From an uncultured delta proteobacterium (GTDB taxonomy: Bacteria; Desulfobacterota; Syntrophia; Syntrophales; UBA2192), in the NCBI GenBank assembly GCA_963705165.1, contig CAVPJD010000013.1:1-31541 (forward strand): 31,541 bases of DNA, read 5' to 3'. The notes beneath the pieces are model-generated. The model ran no database searches. It worked only from the letters and a program-made list of their open reading frames with translations, and had not been told where the DNA came from. A program made the translations under genes and the position numbers. Shown here one piece after another: positions 17,223 through 25,663 of this stretch (the first letter of the stretch is position 1; every line of letters begins with the position of its first letter).

Positions 17223-17829
17223 ATGGCAAGACTGAAGAGTCACGGAAGAATGAAAACGCCTGCCCTTGTCATCGTCGTTGCAGGATTTTTTATCGTCTTG
17301 GCGGGTCTGTTTTCCTGTTTGAACCGGGCCGGCGCCGACAATCAGGACACTGAAGGAGCGAAGAAAGCATTTGCCGAGGCCGCAGTAGTCCTGTTCCACC
17401 CCCGCTGCATGAACTGCCACCCTTCGGGGGATGCGCCGCTTATCCGGGACGACTCGCAGACCCACATGTTCAACGTCAAGCGCGGCCCCGAGGGCAAGGG
17501 GGCCGGGGCCATGAACTGCACGCTGTGCCACGGGGAGACAAACAAACCCGGAGGGGCGCCCGGTGTGGCCAACTGGCACATGCCGCCGGAGAACATGCCC
17601 ATGGTCTTCCAGGGCCGTCACGCCCGGGGAGTTGTGCCGCCAGTTGAAGGACCCGAAGAAAAACGGCGGCAGGACGGGGGAGCAGGTTATCGATCACCTC
17701 GCGAAAGACCCCCTGGTCCTGTGGGGATGGAACCCCGGCGAGGGACGGACGATGCCGAAGATGAGCCACAAGGAGTTCTCGGCGAAGATGAACGAGTGGG
17801 TGAAGAAAGGGGCGGCGTGCCCGGAGTGA
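17223..17829 (+). CDS. Exported diheme c-type cytochrome, frameshift at ~17615
   Basis: RBS AAGGAG, hydrophobic leader, CMNCH and CTLCH; continues TPGELCRQLKDPKKNGGR...DPLVLWGWNPGEGR in ORF 17563-17829. Confidence 0.82.
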
Positions 17830-17886
17830 ACGCCCCGGAAGAGCGGAAGTCAGGAAGAGCAGAAGATCGGATAAGAGAAAAACGAT

Positions 17887-17922
17887 AAAAAAGCAGGCGG
17901 AGAGAATTCCGCCTGCTTTTTT
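17887..17922. terminator. Bidirectional terminator between convergent genes
   Basis: AAAAAGCAGGCGGA-GAGAAT-TCCGCCTGCTTTTTT. Confidence 0.85.
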
Positions 17923-17938
17923 CGTTCCGCTCGGTGTT

Positions 17939-19048
17939 CTATGAAATGACCTTCCGGAGGGCGTCGAGGAAGCGCTCGACGTTTTCCTTCCTGGCCGTGT
18001 GGCCCATGAGGCCGATACGCCAGATCTTCCCGGCCAGGGGCCCGAGCCCGCCGCCGATCTCGATCTTGTCCTCGCTGCGAAGGCTGCGCCGGGCGGCAAG
18101 CTCATCGACGCCTTCCGGGCAGTAGGCCGTGTTCAGCATCGGGAGCCTCCTGGTTTTGTCGACGACCATTTTGAGGCCCATCCCCTCGAGGCCCTTCACG
18201 AGCATCTGGTGGGTGTCCCGGTGGCGCTTGAAGACCTGCACCGGGCCTTCCTCCAGGATGAGCAGCAGCGCCTGGTAAAGGGCGTAGATCATGTTCACGG
18301 GGGCCGTGTGGTGATAGACGCGGTTCTGGCTCCAGTAATTTGCGATCAGCGAGATATCCAGGTACCAGTTGGGGACCCTGGTCTTGCGCGCGCCCAGTCT
18401 GGCCATGGCCTTATCGGAAAAGGAAAGCGGGGCAAGGCCCGGCGGGCAGGACAGGCATTTCTGGGTCCCGCTGTAGAGGGCGTCGATCCCCCAGTCGTCC
18501 ATGCGGACCTCGATGCCGCCCAGGCTCGTCACGGTGTCGACAAGGTAGATCGTGTCGGAGCCCTTCAGGAGGGCCCCGATCTCTTCCACGGGGTTGCACA
18601 CACCCGTCGACGTCTCGGCGTGGACCACCGCCACGATCCGGTAGGTCTTTTCCTTCAGCTTTTTCGCCACGTCCTCCACGATGACCGGTGTGCCCCAGAT
18701 GAACTCGAGGGCATCGACCTCCGCGCCGAGCCGGCTTGCGACCTCGCGCATCCTCACGCCGAAGACCCCGTTGATCAGGATCAGCACCTTGTCGCCGGGC
18801 TCGACGAGGTTGACGAAGCAGGCCTCCATGCCGGCCGAACCGGTCCCGGAGATGGGGACGGTCAGATTGTTCTTCGTGTTCAGGAGCGTGCGGAGGTGCT
18901 CCTTGAGTTCGTCCATGATCTTCAGAAAGTAGGGGTCGAGGTGCCCCAGGGTCTTCTTGCCGATCGCCTCGTAGACTTGCGGGGGCACGCAGGAGGGCCC
19001 CGGCCCCATGAGGAGAACCTCTTCAATGCCGTCGAGCATATTCTTCAT
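17939..19048 (-). CDS. Alanine--glyoxylate/serine--pyruvate aminotransferase (class V PLP)
   Basis: LLMGPGPS, ISGTGSAGMEAC, VHAETSTG, VDTVTSLGG, SGTQKCLSCPPGLAP, WRIGLMG. Confidence 0.93.
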   Translation of the reverse strand: MKNMLDGIEEVLLMGPGPSCVPPQVYEAIGKKTLGHLDPYFLKIMDELKEHLRTLLNTKNNLTVPISGTGSAGMEACFVNLVEPGDKVLILINGVFGVRMREVASRLGAEVDALEFIWGTPVIVEDVAKKLKEKTYRIVAVVHAETSTGVCNPVEEIGALLKGSDTIYLVDTVTSLGGIEVRMDDWGIDALYSGTQKCLSCPPGLAPLSFSDKAMARLGARKTRVPNWYLDISLIANYWSQNRVYHHTAPVNMIYALYQALLLILEEGPVQVFKRHRDTHQMLVKGLEGMGLKMVVDKTRRLPMLNTAYCPEGVDELAARRSLRSEDKIEIGGGLGPLAGKIWRIGLMGHTARKENVERFLDALRKVIS

Positions 19049-19199
19049 CGCTTCATTCTCCTTTCCAGCAGTCGCACCGCTGCATCGCGGCAGGTCCCGT
19101 GCAATATGGCATATCTTGTATCTATCTTCAATCGAGGACCCCGTCACCCGGTTGACAGCTAACGGTGGAAAAGGGCCTGCCGCCCCTCCATGAAATCAT

Positions 19200-19295
19200 G
19201 AAGTGAGGAAGATAGGAGGAGCAGATGACCGGAGTGGATGCAGGATTGCTTTTTCTTCTTGTCCGCTCTTCCTCGCTTCCGATCTTCCGCTCTTC
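19200..19295. repeat. Inverted pair of 8-nt-period repeat arms
   Basis: GAAGTGAGGAAGATAGGAGGAGCAG... and ...CGCTCTTCCTCGCTTCCGATCTTCCGCTCTTC. Confidence 0.7.
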
Positions 19296-19323
19296 GCCAC
19301 GTTATGCCCCGGCCGACAGCGCG

Positions 19324-20028
19324 CTAGTCCCTGGGAACGAGAACGATCTCTATCCGCCTGTTTTTCGCACGCCCTTCCGCCGTGTCGTTCTCCGAGACGG
19401 GGCGGTACTCCCCGAAGGCGGCTGCAGACAAGAGGGCGGGATCGACGCCGAGCCGCTGGAGATACCGGGCCACGTTGATGGCGCGGGCCGCCGAGAGCTC
19501 CCAGTTCGAGGGAAACGCCCGGGCGAGCGCGCCGCCGATCTTGACATTGTCCGTGTGCCCCTCGACGAGGATCGCCTTGTCCTCCACCTGGCCGATGACC
19601 TCGGCCACCTTTTGGAGGACTTGTCTGCCCTCGGGCTTGATGTCGGCCCTCCCCGAATCAAAGAGGATGGCGTCGACCATGTTCACAGTGAGCCTCCCCT
19701 GGAGTTCGGTAATCGTCACCTGCCCCTCGGCGATTTCCGATTTCATTTTCTCGATCATCTGCGTATAGGTCTTGCTGACCTCCTGAACCTTTTCCTCACG
19801 GTTCTTTTCGATCTGACCGATCTGCTCCTGCTGGGACTGGACCTTCTTCACCAGTTCCTCGTTCTGCTTCCCGAGCCGCTCTACTTCTTCCTTGCAGGTG
19901 GCAAGCCCCTGCTCAAGGCTGCCGGCCTCTTCCACCTTTTTCAGATAGGTGCTTTCCTTGACTATGCACCCCGACACGGACAGGGCTAACATCCCGACGA
20001 CCGCCAGAAGCCAACATTTTTTCATCAT
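19324..20028 (-). CDS. OmpA/MotB C-terminal domain lipoprotein with coiled coil
   Basis: Lipobox LSVSGC, ILFDSGRA, VEGHTDN, NWELSAARA, GRAKNRRIEIVL. Confidence 0.9.
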   Translation of the reverse strand: MMKKCWLLAVVGMLALSVSGCIVKESTYLKKVEEAGSLEQGLATCKEEVERLGKQNEELVKKVQSQQEQIGQIEKNREEKVQEVSKTYTQMIEKMKSEIAEGQVTITELQGRLTVNMVDAILFDSGRADIKPEGRQVLQKVAEVIGQVEDKAILVEGHTDNVKIGGALARAFPSNWELSAARAINVARYLQRLGVDPALLSAAAFGEYRPVSENDTAEGRAKNRRIEIVLVPRD

Positions 20029-20275
20029 CTGCAATCCTCCCCTTTCAGGAGCGTGAACGATGCGAGAATCGGTTCCTCCGGTGAGCCCATGGATCGACCG
20101 GTCCCCGGCTACCCTCTTTGATAGGGAAAGGCCGGAATCCTGTCAAGCCTCATTTTGGCAGTGCAAAACGCCCTTTCCTTCCGCAATACTAAGGATGAGG
20201 CTGCCTGCCACAAAAGGCTTGATTTCTCCTTTTATCTGGTATAAAAGTACAGGTTCAAAAATTTCATATTCAGGC

Positions 20276-20320
20276 ACTCCTTGCCCGGACCCTGTGCCCG
20301 GGCTATAGAGCCGAAAGGAG
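20276..20320 (+). promoter_or_regulatory. S6:S18-binding autoregulatory leader RNA
   Basis: CTCCTT pairs with the SD AAGGAG; inner hairpin GCCCGG/CCGGGC; unpaired CCG just before the SD; directly upstream of rpsF. Confidence 0.7.
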
Positions 20321-20330
20321 GTCAAAAGAC

Positions 20331-20768
20331 TTGAAGCGTTACGAAACTCTGTTCATCGTCCAGTCCGAGCTGCCCAGCGAGGACATCACCGCCATCATCG
20401 ACCGATACAGCAAGATCATCACCGACATGAAGGGGACGGTCCTGAAGGTCGAGAGATGGGGAAAGCGAAAGCTCGCCTACCTCATCCGGAAGCAGGCCCG
20501 GGGGTTCTACATCCTCATCGATTTCGCCGGCAGGCGCGAGATCGTCGCAGAGGTGGAGAGGATCCTGAAGTTCGACGACAAGGTCCTGAAGTACATGTCC
20601 TTGAGGCTTTCCGACAGCATCACGGCGGAAGAGATCGAAAAAGAACTGGCAGGAACCCAGAAGGCCGACACTCCCCCGACTTCCATCATCCCGGCGCAAC
20701 CCATTACAACGACAACGACAACGACCACGACGACGTCCGCGACGTCGGAAGCCACGACGGAGGGATAA
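20331..20768 (+). CDS. rpsF: 30S ribosomal protein S6 with Thr-rich tail
   Basis: [10 protein letters not shown]...[12 protein letters not shown]...[11 protein letters not shown] start after AAGGAGG. Confidence 0.96.
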   Translation: MKRYETLFIVQSELPSEDITAIIDRYSKIITDMKGTVLKVERWGKRKLAYLIRKQARGFYILIDFAGRREIVAEVERILKFDDKVLKYMSLRLSDSITAEEIEKELAGTQKADTPPTSIIPAQPITTTTTTTTTTSATSEATTEG

Positions 20769-20772
20769 CAAC

Positions 20773-21105
20773 ATGAGAACGCCTTCAGACAGCACAACGG
20801 GCAGCCGACCCAGGACGGGGGGTCCGGGCGGAAGAGATTCGAGAGGACCGGGAGGCGGACCCGGAAGGCCGAAGTCCGACCGGAAAGTCTACCACCGGAG
20901 GAAGGTCTGCCGGTTCTGCACCGATTCGAACATGAAAATGTCCTACAAGGACATGGAAACCCTCCGGTACTTCGTGACGGAACGCGGAAAGATCATCCCC
21001 AGGCGCATCACGGGCAACTGCGCGCTCCACCAGAGGGCGCTGACGGTCGAGATCAAGCGCGCCCGTAACATCGCCCTGCTGCCCTACCTGGTGACGGAAA
21101 GCTGA
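20773..21105 (+). CDS. rpsR: 30S ribosomal protein S18 (zinc-type, N-terminal Gly/Pro/Arg extension)
   Basis: RRKVCRFC...[22 protein letters not shown]...[12 protein letters not shown]. Confidence 0.96.
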   Translation: MRTPSDSTTGSRPRTGGPGGRDSRGPGGGPGRPKSDRKVYHRRKVCRFCTDSNMKMSYKDMETLRYFVTERGKIIPRRITGNCALHQRALTVEIKRARNIALLPYLVTES

Positions 21106-21179
21106 CAGCGGCGACCCCTGTGCGGAAACGGCAGGCGGCGGGTACGGTCTGAAACCGGCGATTCGAGGACAGCGTTCAC

Positions 21180-22145
21180 TTGGATGTAGGCAAAAACTTC
21201 AACGTGAAGGAATTTATCCTGGGTGTTGGCATCACGACTGGTTTCTTTCTCCTCGTGGTTCTGAACCCCATTGTCGGTTTTATATTCAGCCTGTTCGCTC
21301 CGCTTCCGATCGCCTTCTTTTACTGGAAAATGGGGCGGGTTCCCGGGATCGCCATGTTCGCCCTGTCTTTCGGTCTACTCGTGGCCGTTTTCCGGATCGG
21401 CGGTTTCGTGGAAAGCCTCTCGTTTTTCCTGGTGCTCGGGTCGGCGGGAGTCATCATCCCCGAAGTCCTGGGAAGGCGATACGGGATCGAGAAGACGGTG
21501 GGCCTGTCGGTTGCCGGACTTGTCGCGGTGATCGTCGCTGTGCTGGCCTGGTACGGTCAGATTCTGGAACGCGGCATCCTGGACATTGTCCGGGGGTACG
21601 TGATCGACAGCATCCAGTACAGCATCGCGCTTTACGAGGAGATCGGGATCCCCCAGGATCAGCTTGACGCGCTGCGTGAAGGCGCCCCCCAGGTTGCAGG
21701 CTGGATCGTGGATCACGGTGCAGCGCTTTTTCTCACGAGCACGACATTTCTCATCTGGCTCAACGTGCTCGGCATGCGGATGTTTTTCCAGGGACGGGAT
21801 CCCTCGTTCCCCGATTTCGGCGATCTCACCTGCTGGAAGATGCCGGACTGGGTCGTCTGGCTCGTCATCGCAGCGGGGGTCCTGATGATCGTCCCCGAGG
21901 AAATCGCGCAGATCATCGGGCTCAACGGCATGATTATTCTGCTTTTTCTCTATCTCCTCCAGGGACTTTCGATTGTCCAGTTCTTTTGCAGGAAGAAAAA
22001 CATCCCGAGATACCTCCGGGCACTTTTTTACGCCCTGATTGTGATATACCAGTACCTGCTGGTTTTTATCTCCGCCATCGGCCTGTTTGACATCTGGGTC
22101 GACTTCAGAAAGATGAACCGCCCCGCGAACGACACGACGGCGTGA
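21180..22145 (+). CDS. DUF2232/YybS family membrane protein
   Basis: Multi-pass protein; WKMPDWVVW, YLLQGLSIV, GLFDIWVDFRK; usual position between rpsR and rplI. Confidence 0.88.
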   Translation: MDVGKNFNVKEFILGVGITTGFFLLVVLNPIVGFIFSLFAPLPIAFFYWKMGRVPGIAMFALSFGLLVAVFRIGGFVESLSFFLVLGSAGVIIPEVLGRRYGIEKTVGLSVAGLVAVIVAVLAWYGQILERGILDIVRGYVIDSIQYSIALYEEIGIPQDQLDALREGAPQVAGWIVDHGAALFLTSTTFLIWLNVLGMRMFFQGRDPSFPDFGDLTCWKMPDWVVWLVIAAGVLMIVPEEIAQIIGLNGMIILLFLYLLQGLSIVQFFCRKKNIPRYLRALFYALIVIYQYLLVFISAIGLFDIWVDFRKMNRPANDTTA

Positions 22146-22188
22146 CGTTTGAAGGATCGAGGCTCGAGGAATGAGGCACCGTTAAACG

Positions 22189-22284
22189 CAGGAAGGTAGG
22201 AAGCGCGGAAGAGCAGAAGAGCGGAGTCGACATCATTCTTTCTTTTCTGATCCGCTCATCCTCACTTCTGATCTTCCGCTCTTC
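22189..22284. repeat. Inverted pair of 8-nt-period repeat arms
   Basis: GGAAGGTAGGAAGCGCGGAAGAGCAGAAGAGCGGA and TCCGCTCATCCTCACTTCTGATCTTCCGCTCTTC. Confidence 0.75.
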
Positions 22285-22356
22285 GCCATCATCTTGCGGA
22301 AGATTTCCATTAGTCCGACACCGGCAAAAAGAAGTCATCAACGAAGGAGGCAAGAA

Positions 22357-22803
22357 ATGAAGGTTATTTTGAACGAAGACGTTGAATCCCTCGGCAAGCG
22401 CGGGGATACGATAAAGGTTGCCGACGGCTATGCGAGGAACTTCCTGATGCCGAAGGGGCTCGCCATCGCAGCCACGAGCAAGTCCGCCCAGAAGATTGAG
22501 CACGAAAAAAGGCTCATTGCCAAACGCGCCGAAAAAGAAAAAAAGAACGCCGAAGCCATGCTGGCGAGCTTCGCCGGTGTGGCGGTGACCATCGCCCGCA
22601 AAACGGCAGACCAGGAGAAGCTATTCGGCTCCGTGACGGCCAAGGACATCGAGAAGGGCCTGGCAGACCAGGGTCTCGTGGTGGACCGCAAGCAGATCGT
22701 CCTGGACGAGCCGATCAAGCAGCTCGGGGAATTCCCCGTCAAGATCAAGCTCTACCCGGGGATCGCAGCGGACATCACGGTAAAGGTCGTGGAAGAGGCG
22801 TAA
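22357..22803 (+). CDS. rplI: 50S ribosomal protein L9
   Basis: MKVILNEDVESLGKRGDTIKVADGYARNFLMPKGLA...LFGSVT; RBS AAGGAGG. Confidence 0.97.
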   Translation: MKVILNEDVESLGKRGDTIKVADGYARNFLMPKGLAIAATSKSAQKIEHEKRLIAKRAEKEKKNAEAMLASFAGVAVTIARKTADQEKLFGSVTAKDIEKGLADQGLVVDRKQIVLDEPIKQLGEFPVKIKLYPGIAADITVKVVEEA

Positions 22804-22809
22804 ACGCCG

Positions 22810-22971
22810 GGCTCAGGGCGTACGGCTAAAGGCGTAAGGCAATGGGATTAATCATTTATCTCGGTTGCCTTTCTTGATACTGGCGGCTCGGCGCCCTTTC
22901 AGTGTATTGAAGAGAACCAGTGACCTTGTGTTTGCCTTTAGCCTTTAGCCATTAGCCATTAGCCCCGAGCC
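22810..22971. repeat. Inverted pair of 7-nt tandem repeat arms
   Basis: GGCTCAG-GGCGTAC-GGCTAAA-GGCGTAA-GGC and GCCTTTA-GCCTTTA-GCCATTA-GCCATTA-GCCCCGA-GCC. Confidence 0.7.
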
Positions 22972-22979
22972 ATGATTCC

Positions 22980-24338
22980 ATGAAAGAACTCGACCTCTCA
23001 ATCCTCAAAGTACCGCCCCAGAACCTGGAGGCCGAGCAGTCTGTCCTCGGCGGCATCCTCCTCGAGAACGTCGCCATCAACCCGGTTCTGGAGCTCATGG
23101 CGGGCTCCGATTTCTACAGTGACGCCCACCGGAAGATCTTCGCGGCGGTCCTGGAGCTCTCCGAGCGCAACCAGCCCATCGACCTCATCACGCTGAGCAA
23201 TCACCTGAGGGACAAGAAGCAGCTCGATGCCGTGGGCGGAGCCGTTTACCTCTCCCAGCTTGTGGACAATGTCCCGTCGGCAGCCAACATCAGCCATTAC
23301 GCCCGGATCGTCAAAGAGAAGTCCGTTCTGCGGAAGCTGATCGGAACGGCCACAGAGATCCTGAACCGGACCTACGGCGCCGGGGCGGATGTGGACAGCG
23401 TGCTCGACGAGGCCGAGCACGCCATCTTCGAAATCTCCCAGAACAAGATCCGGCCCTCCTTCTACCCCCTCAAGGACATCATCAAGGACAGCTTCCGCAC
23501 GATCGAGCGCCTCTACGAGCGAAAGGAGCTCATCACGGGCGTCGCCACGGGATTCACGAAACTCGACGAGATGACCTCGGGGCTGCAGAAGTCGGATCTC
23601 ATCATCGTCGCCGGCCGCCCCAGCATGGGAAAGACGGCCTTCGCCCTCAACATCGCGCAATTCTGCTCCGTCGAGGAGGGAGTGCCCGTGGCCGTCTTCT
23701 CGCTGGAAATGGCCAAGGAGCAGCTCGCCATGCGCATGCTATCGTCGGAGGCCCGGGTGGATTCCCAGAAGATCCGAAAGGGGTTCCTGGGCGAGACGGA
23801 CTGGCCGAAGCTCACAACGGCCGCCGGGAGGCTCTCCGAGGCCCAGTTCTTCATCGACGACACGCCCTCCATCTCGGTGCTCGAGATGAAGGCCAAGTCC
23901 CGCCGTCTCAAGGCCGAGCACGGCCTGGGGCTCATCGTTCTCGACTACCTCCAGCTCATGAAGGGCAGCGCCTACGCCGACACGCGCGAGCAGGAGATCT
24001 CGGAGATCAGCCGCTCGCTCAAGGCTCTCGCGAAGGAGCTCAGCGTGCCCGTGGTGGCCCTCTCCCAGCTCAACCGCAAGGTGGAGGACCGCACGAGCCG
24101 CAGGCCCCAGATGGCCGATCTGCGCGAATCGGGCGCCATCGAGCAGGACGCCGACGTCATCCTCTTCCTGTACCGCGACGAGGTCTACAACAAGTCCGAG
24201 GACAACCCCGAGAAGGGCTTTGCCGAGGTCATCATCGGCAAGCAGCGAAACGGCCCCGTCGGAACGATCAGGCTCGTCTTCCAGGAAAAGTTCACAAGAT
24301 TCGAGAACGCGGCCTTCGCCCCCGGGGAAGAATTCTAA
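22980..24338 (+). CDS. dnaB: Replicative DNA helicase
   Basis: PPQNLEAEQSVLG, AGRPSMGKT, DYLQL, LSQLNR, DLRESGAIEQDAD, KQRNGP. Confidence 0.98.
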   Translation: MKELDLSILKVPPQNLEAEQSVLGGILLENVAINPVLELMAGSDFYSDAHRKIFAAVLELSERNQPIDLITLSNHLRDKKQLDAVGGAVYLSQLVDNVPSAANISHYARIVKEKSVLRKLIGTATEILNRTYGAGADVDSVLDEAEHAIFEISQNKIRPSFYPLKDIIKDSFRTIERLYERKELITGVATGFTKLDEMTSGLQKSDLIIVAGRPSMGKTAFALNIAQFCSVEEGVPVAVFSLEMAKEQLAMRMLSSEARVDSQKIRKGFLGETDWPKLTTAAGRLSEAQFFIDDTPSISVLEMKAKSRRLKAEHGLGLIVLDYLQLMKGSAYADTREQEISEISRSLKALAKELSVPVVALSQLNRKVEDRTSRRPQMADLRESGAIEQDADVILFLYRDEVYNKSEDNPEKGFAEVIIGKQRNGPVGTIRLVFQEKFTRFENAAFAPGEEF

Positions 24339-24399
24339 GCACCGCACAGCCGGGATTATCCCGCTAACGGCTTCGTCATAATATTCAGCCTTCTGACGA

Positions 24400-24520
24400 T
24401 GAAGTGAGGAAGATCGGAAGTGCGGAAGAGCGGAAAAAAAAGCCCCCGACCAATTTGGCCGAGGGCTTCTGATTTTCTTCTTTGTAGTGTCTCTTCCCTA
24501 TACCCTATACCCTACACCCT
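24400..24520. repeat. 8-nt repeat arm, terminator-like hairpin and 7-nt repeat between dnaB and rpoH
   Basis: GAAGTGAGGAAGATCGGAAGTGCGGAAGAGCGGAA; AAGCCCCCG...CGAGGGCTT; CCCTATA-CCCTATA-CCCTACA-CCCT. Confidence 0.6.
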
Positions 24521-24529
24521 GGTCCCTGC

Positions 24530-25390
24530 TTACGCCCGAGCGGTCTCCGGCTCCCGTCCCCCGATGACCTGGCGCATCTTCCGGAGGGCTTCCTTTTCGA
24601 CCTGGCGGGCCCGCTCGCGGGTGATCTTGAAGCGGTCGCCGATCTCCTGAAGGGTCTCCGGGTTCTCGGACATGACGCGTCGCCTGATGATGTAGGCCTC
24701 GCGGTCATTGAGCTTCGCAAGCGCCCCTGCGACGTTTCGCTTCGCCAAAAACGTCTCCTCGTGGCGGATCAGGGCGTCTTCCTGGTTTTCACCCTTGTCG
24801 GCCAGGCAGTTGATGTGGGACAGCTCGCCGTCGTCGTCGATGAAGGCATCGAGCGAGAGATCGCGGCTGTTGAGCCGGACGTCCATCTCCGCAATCTCCG
24901 TCTCCTTCACGCTCAGGGACTCGGCGATCTCGCCGAACTCGGGGCTCTTCGCATCCATCTTCTGGAGCTTCTTCTTGGCCTGGTTGAGCTTGAAGAAGAG
25001 TTTGCGCTGGGCCTGGGTCGTCCCGATCTTCACAAGGCTCCAGGTCTTGATGAGGAAGTTCTGCATGTAGGCGCGGATCCACCACACGGCATAGGAGATG
25101 AGCCGGTAGCCCTTGTAGGGGTCGAACTTCTTCACCGCGTGCATGAGCCCCACGTTGCCCTCCTGGATCAAATCCAGGAGCTTCACGCCGTAGTTGCGGT
25201 ACTCGTGTGCGATCTTGACCACGAATCGAAGGTTCGAGGTGACGAGCTTTTCGGCCGCTTCCTTGTCGTTGTGCTTCTTGTAGCGGACGGCCAGCTTGAA
25301 CTCCTCCTCAGGGGTCAGCAGGGAAAACTTGTTGATCTGAGAGATATATAAATCCAACGTGCTGCTTGCAGCCGGTAGATTCATGTTCAT
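24530..25390 (-). CDS. rpoH: RNA polymerase sigma factor, RpoH (sigma32) family
   Basis: NLRFVVKIAHEY, DLIQEGNVGLM, RpoH box QRKLFFKL, TLQEIGDRFKITRERARQVE. Confidence 0.9.
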   Translation of the reverse strand: MNMNLPAASSTLDLYISQINKFSLLTPEEEFKLAVRYKKHNDKEAAEKLVTSNLRFVVKIAHEYRNYGVKLLDLIQEGNVGLMHAVKKFDPYKGYRLISYAVWWIRAYMQNFLIKTWSLVKIGTTQAQRKLFFKLNQAKKKLQKMDAKSPEFGEIAESLSVKETEIAEMDVRLNSRDLSLDAFIDDDGELSHINCLADKGENQEDALIRHEETFLAKRNVAGALAKLNDREAYIIRRRVMSENPETLQEIGDRFKITRERARQVEKEALRKMRQVIGGREPETARA

Positions 25391-25432
25391 GGATGATCCT
25401 CCCTTTTGGGCCTGTCAATCTAAGTCATAGAG

Positions 25433-25460
25433 AATATAGATACAGGGGGCATCTTGTCAA
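25433..25460 (-). promoter_or_regulatory. sigma70-type promoter of rpoH
   Basis: TTGACA-16 nt-TATATT on the minus strand. Confidence 0.6.
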
Positions 25461-25533
25461 GACTTTCCATGCAATTATTATATAGAAAACCCGGGTTCAA
25501 GAAAGAGATAACTCATTGATTGAATGCCTTTTC

Positions 25534-25562
25534 TTGACATCCCCCCCGCCTGTCATTAAGTT
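25534..25562 (+). promoter_or_regulatory. sigma70-type promoter of clpB
   Basis: TTGACA-17 nt-TAAGTT. Confidence 0.55.
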
Positions 25563-25663
25563 AGGATCCGAACGGACGGCGGTGATGAGTCGGGAAACGG
25601 CCGAGCAAGCTGTCGTTTTCCATTTAACTTGCTGATATTAATTCGCTTTTGACGAGAGGAACG

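Noticed and set aside
19324..20028. Flagellar stator MotB
   Set aside because: Has a lipobox rather than the MotB transmembrane Asp motif and no motA neighbour; treated as a generic peptidoglycan-binding lipoprotein
25391..25663. CIRCE or HAIR heat-shock operator between rpoH and clpB; RNA thermometer in the clpB leader
   Set aside because: No TTAGCACTC-N9-GAGTGCTAA or CTTGAGT-N7-ACTCAAG match; the leader hairpin at ~25572-25612 does not cover the RBS
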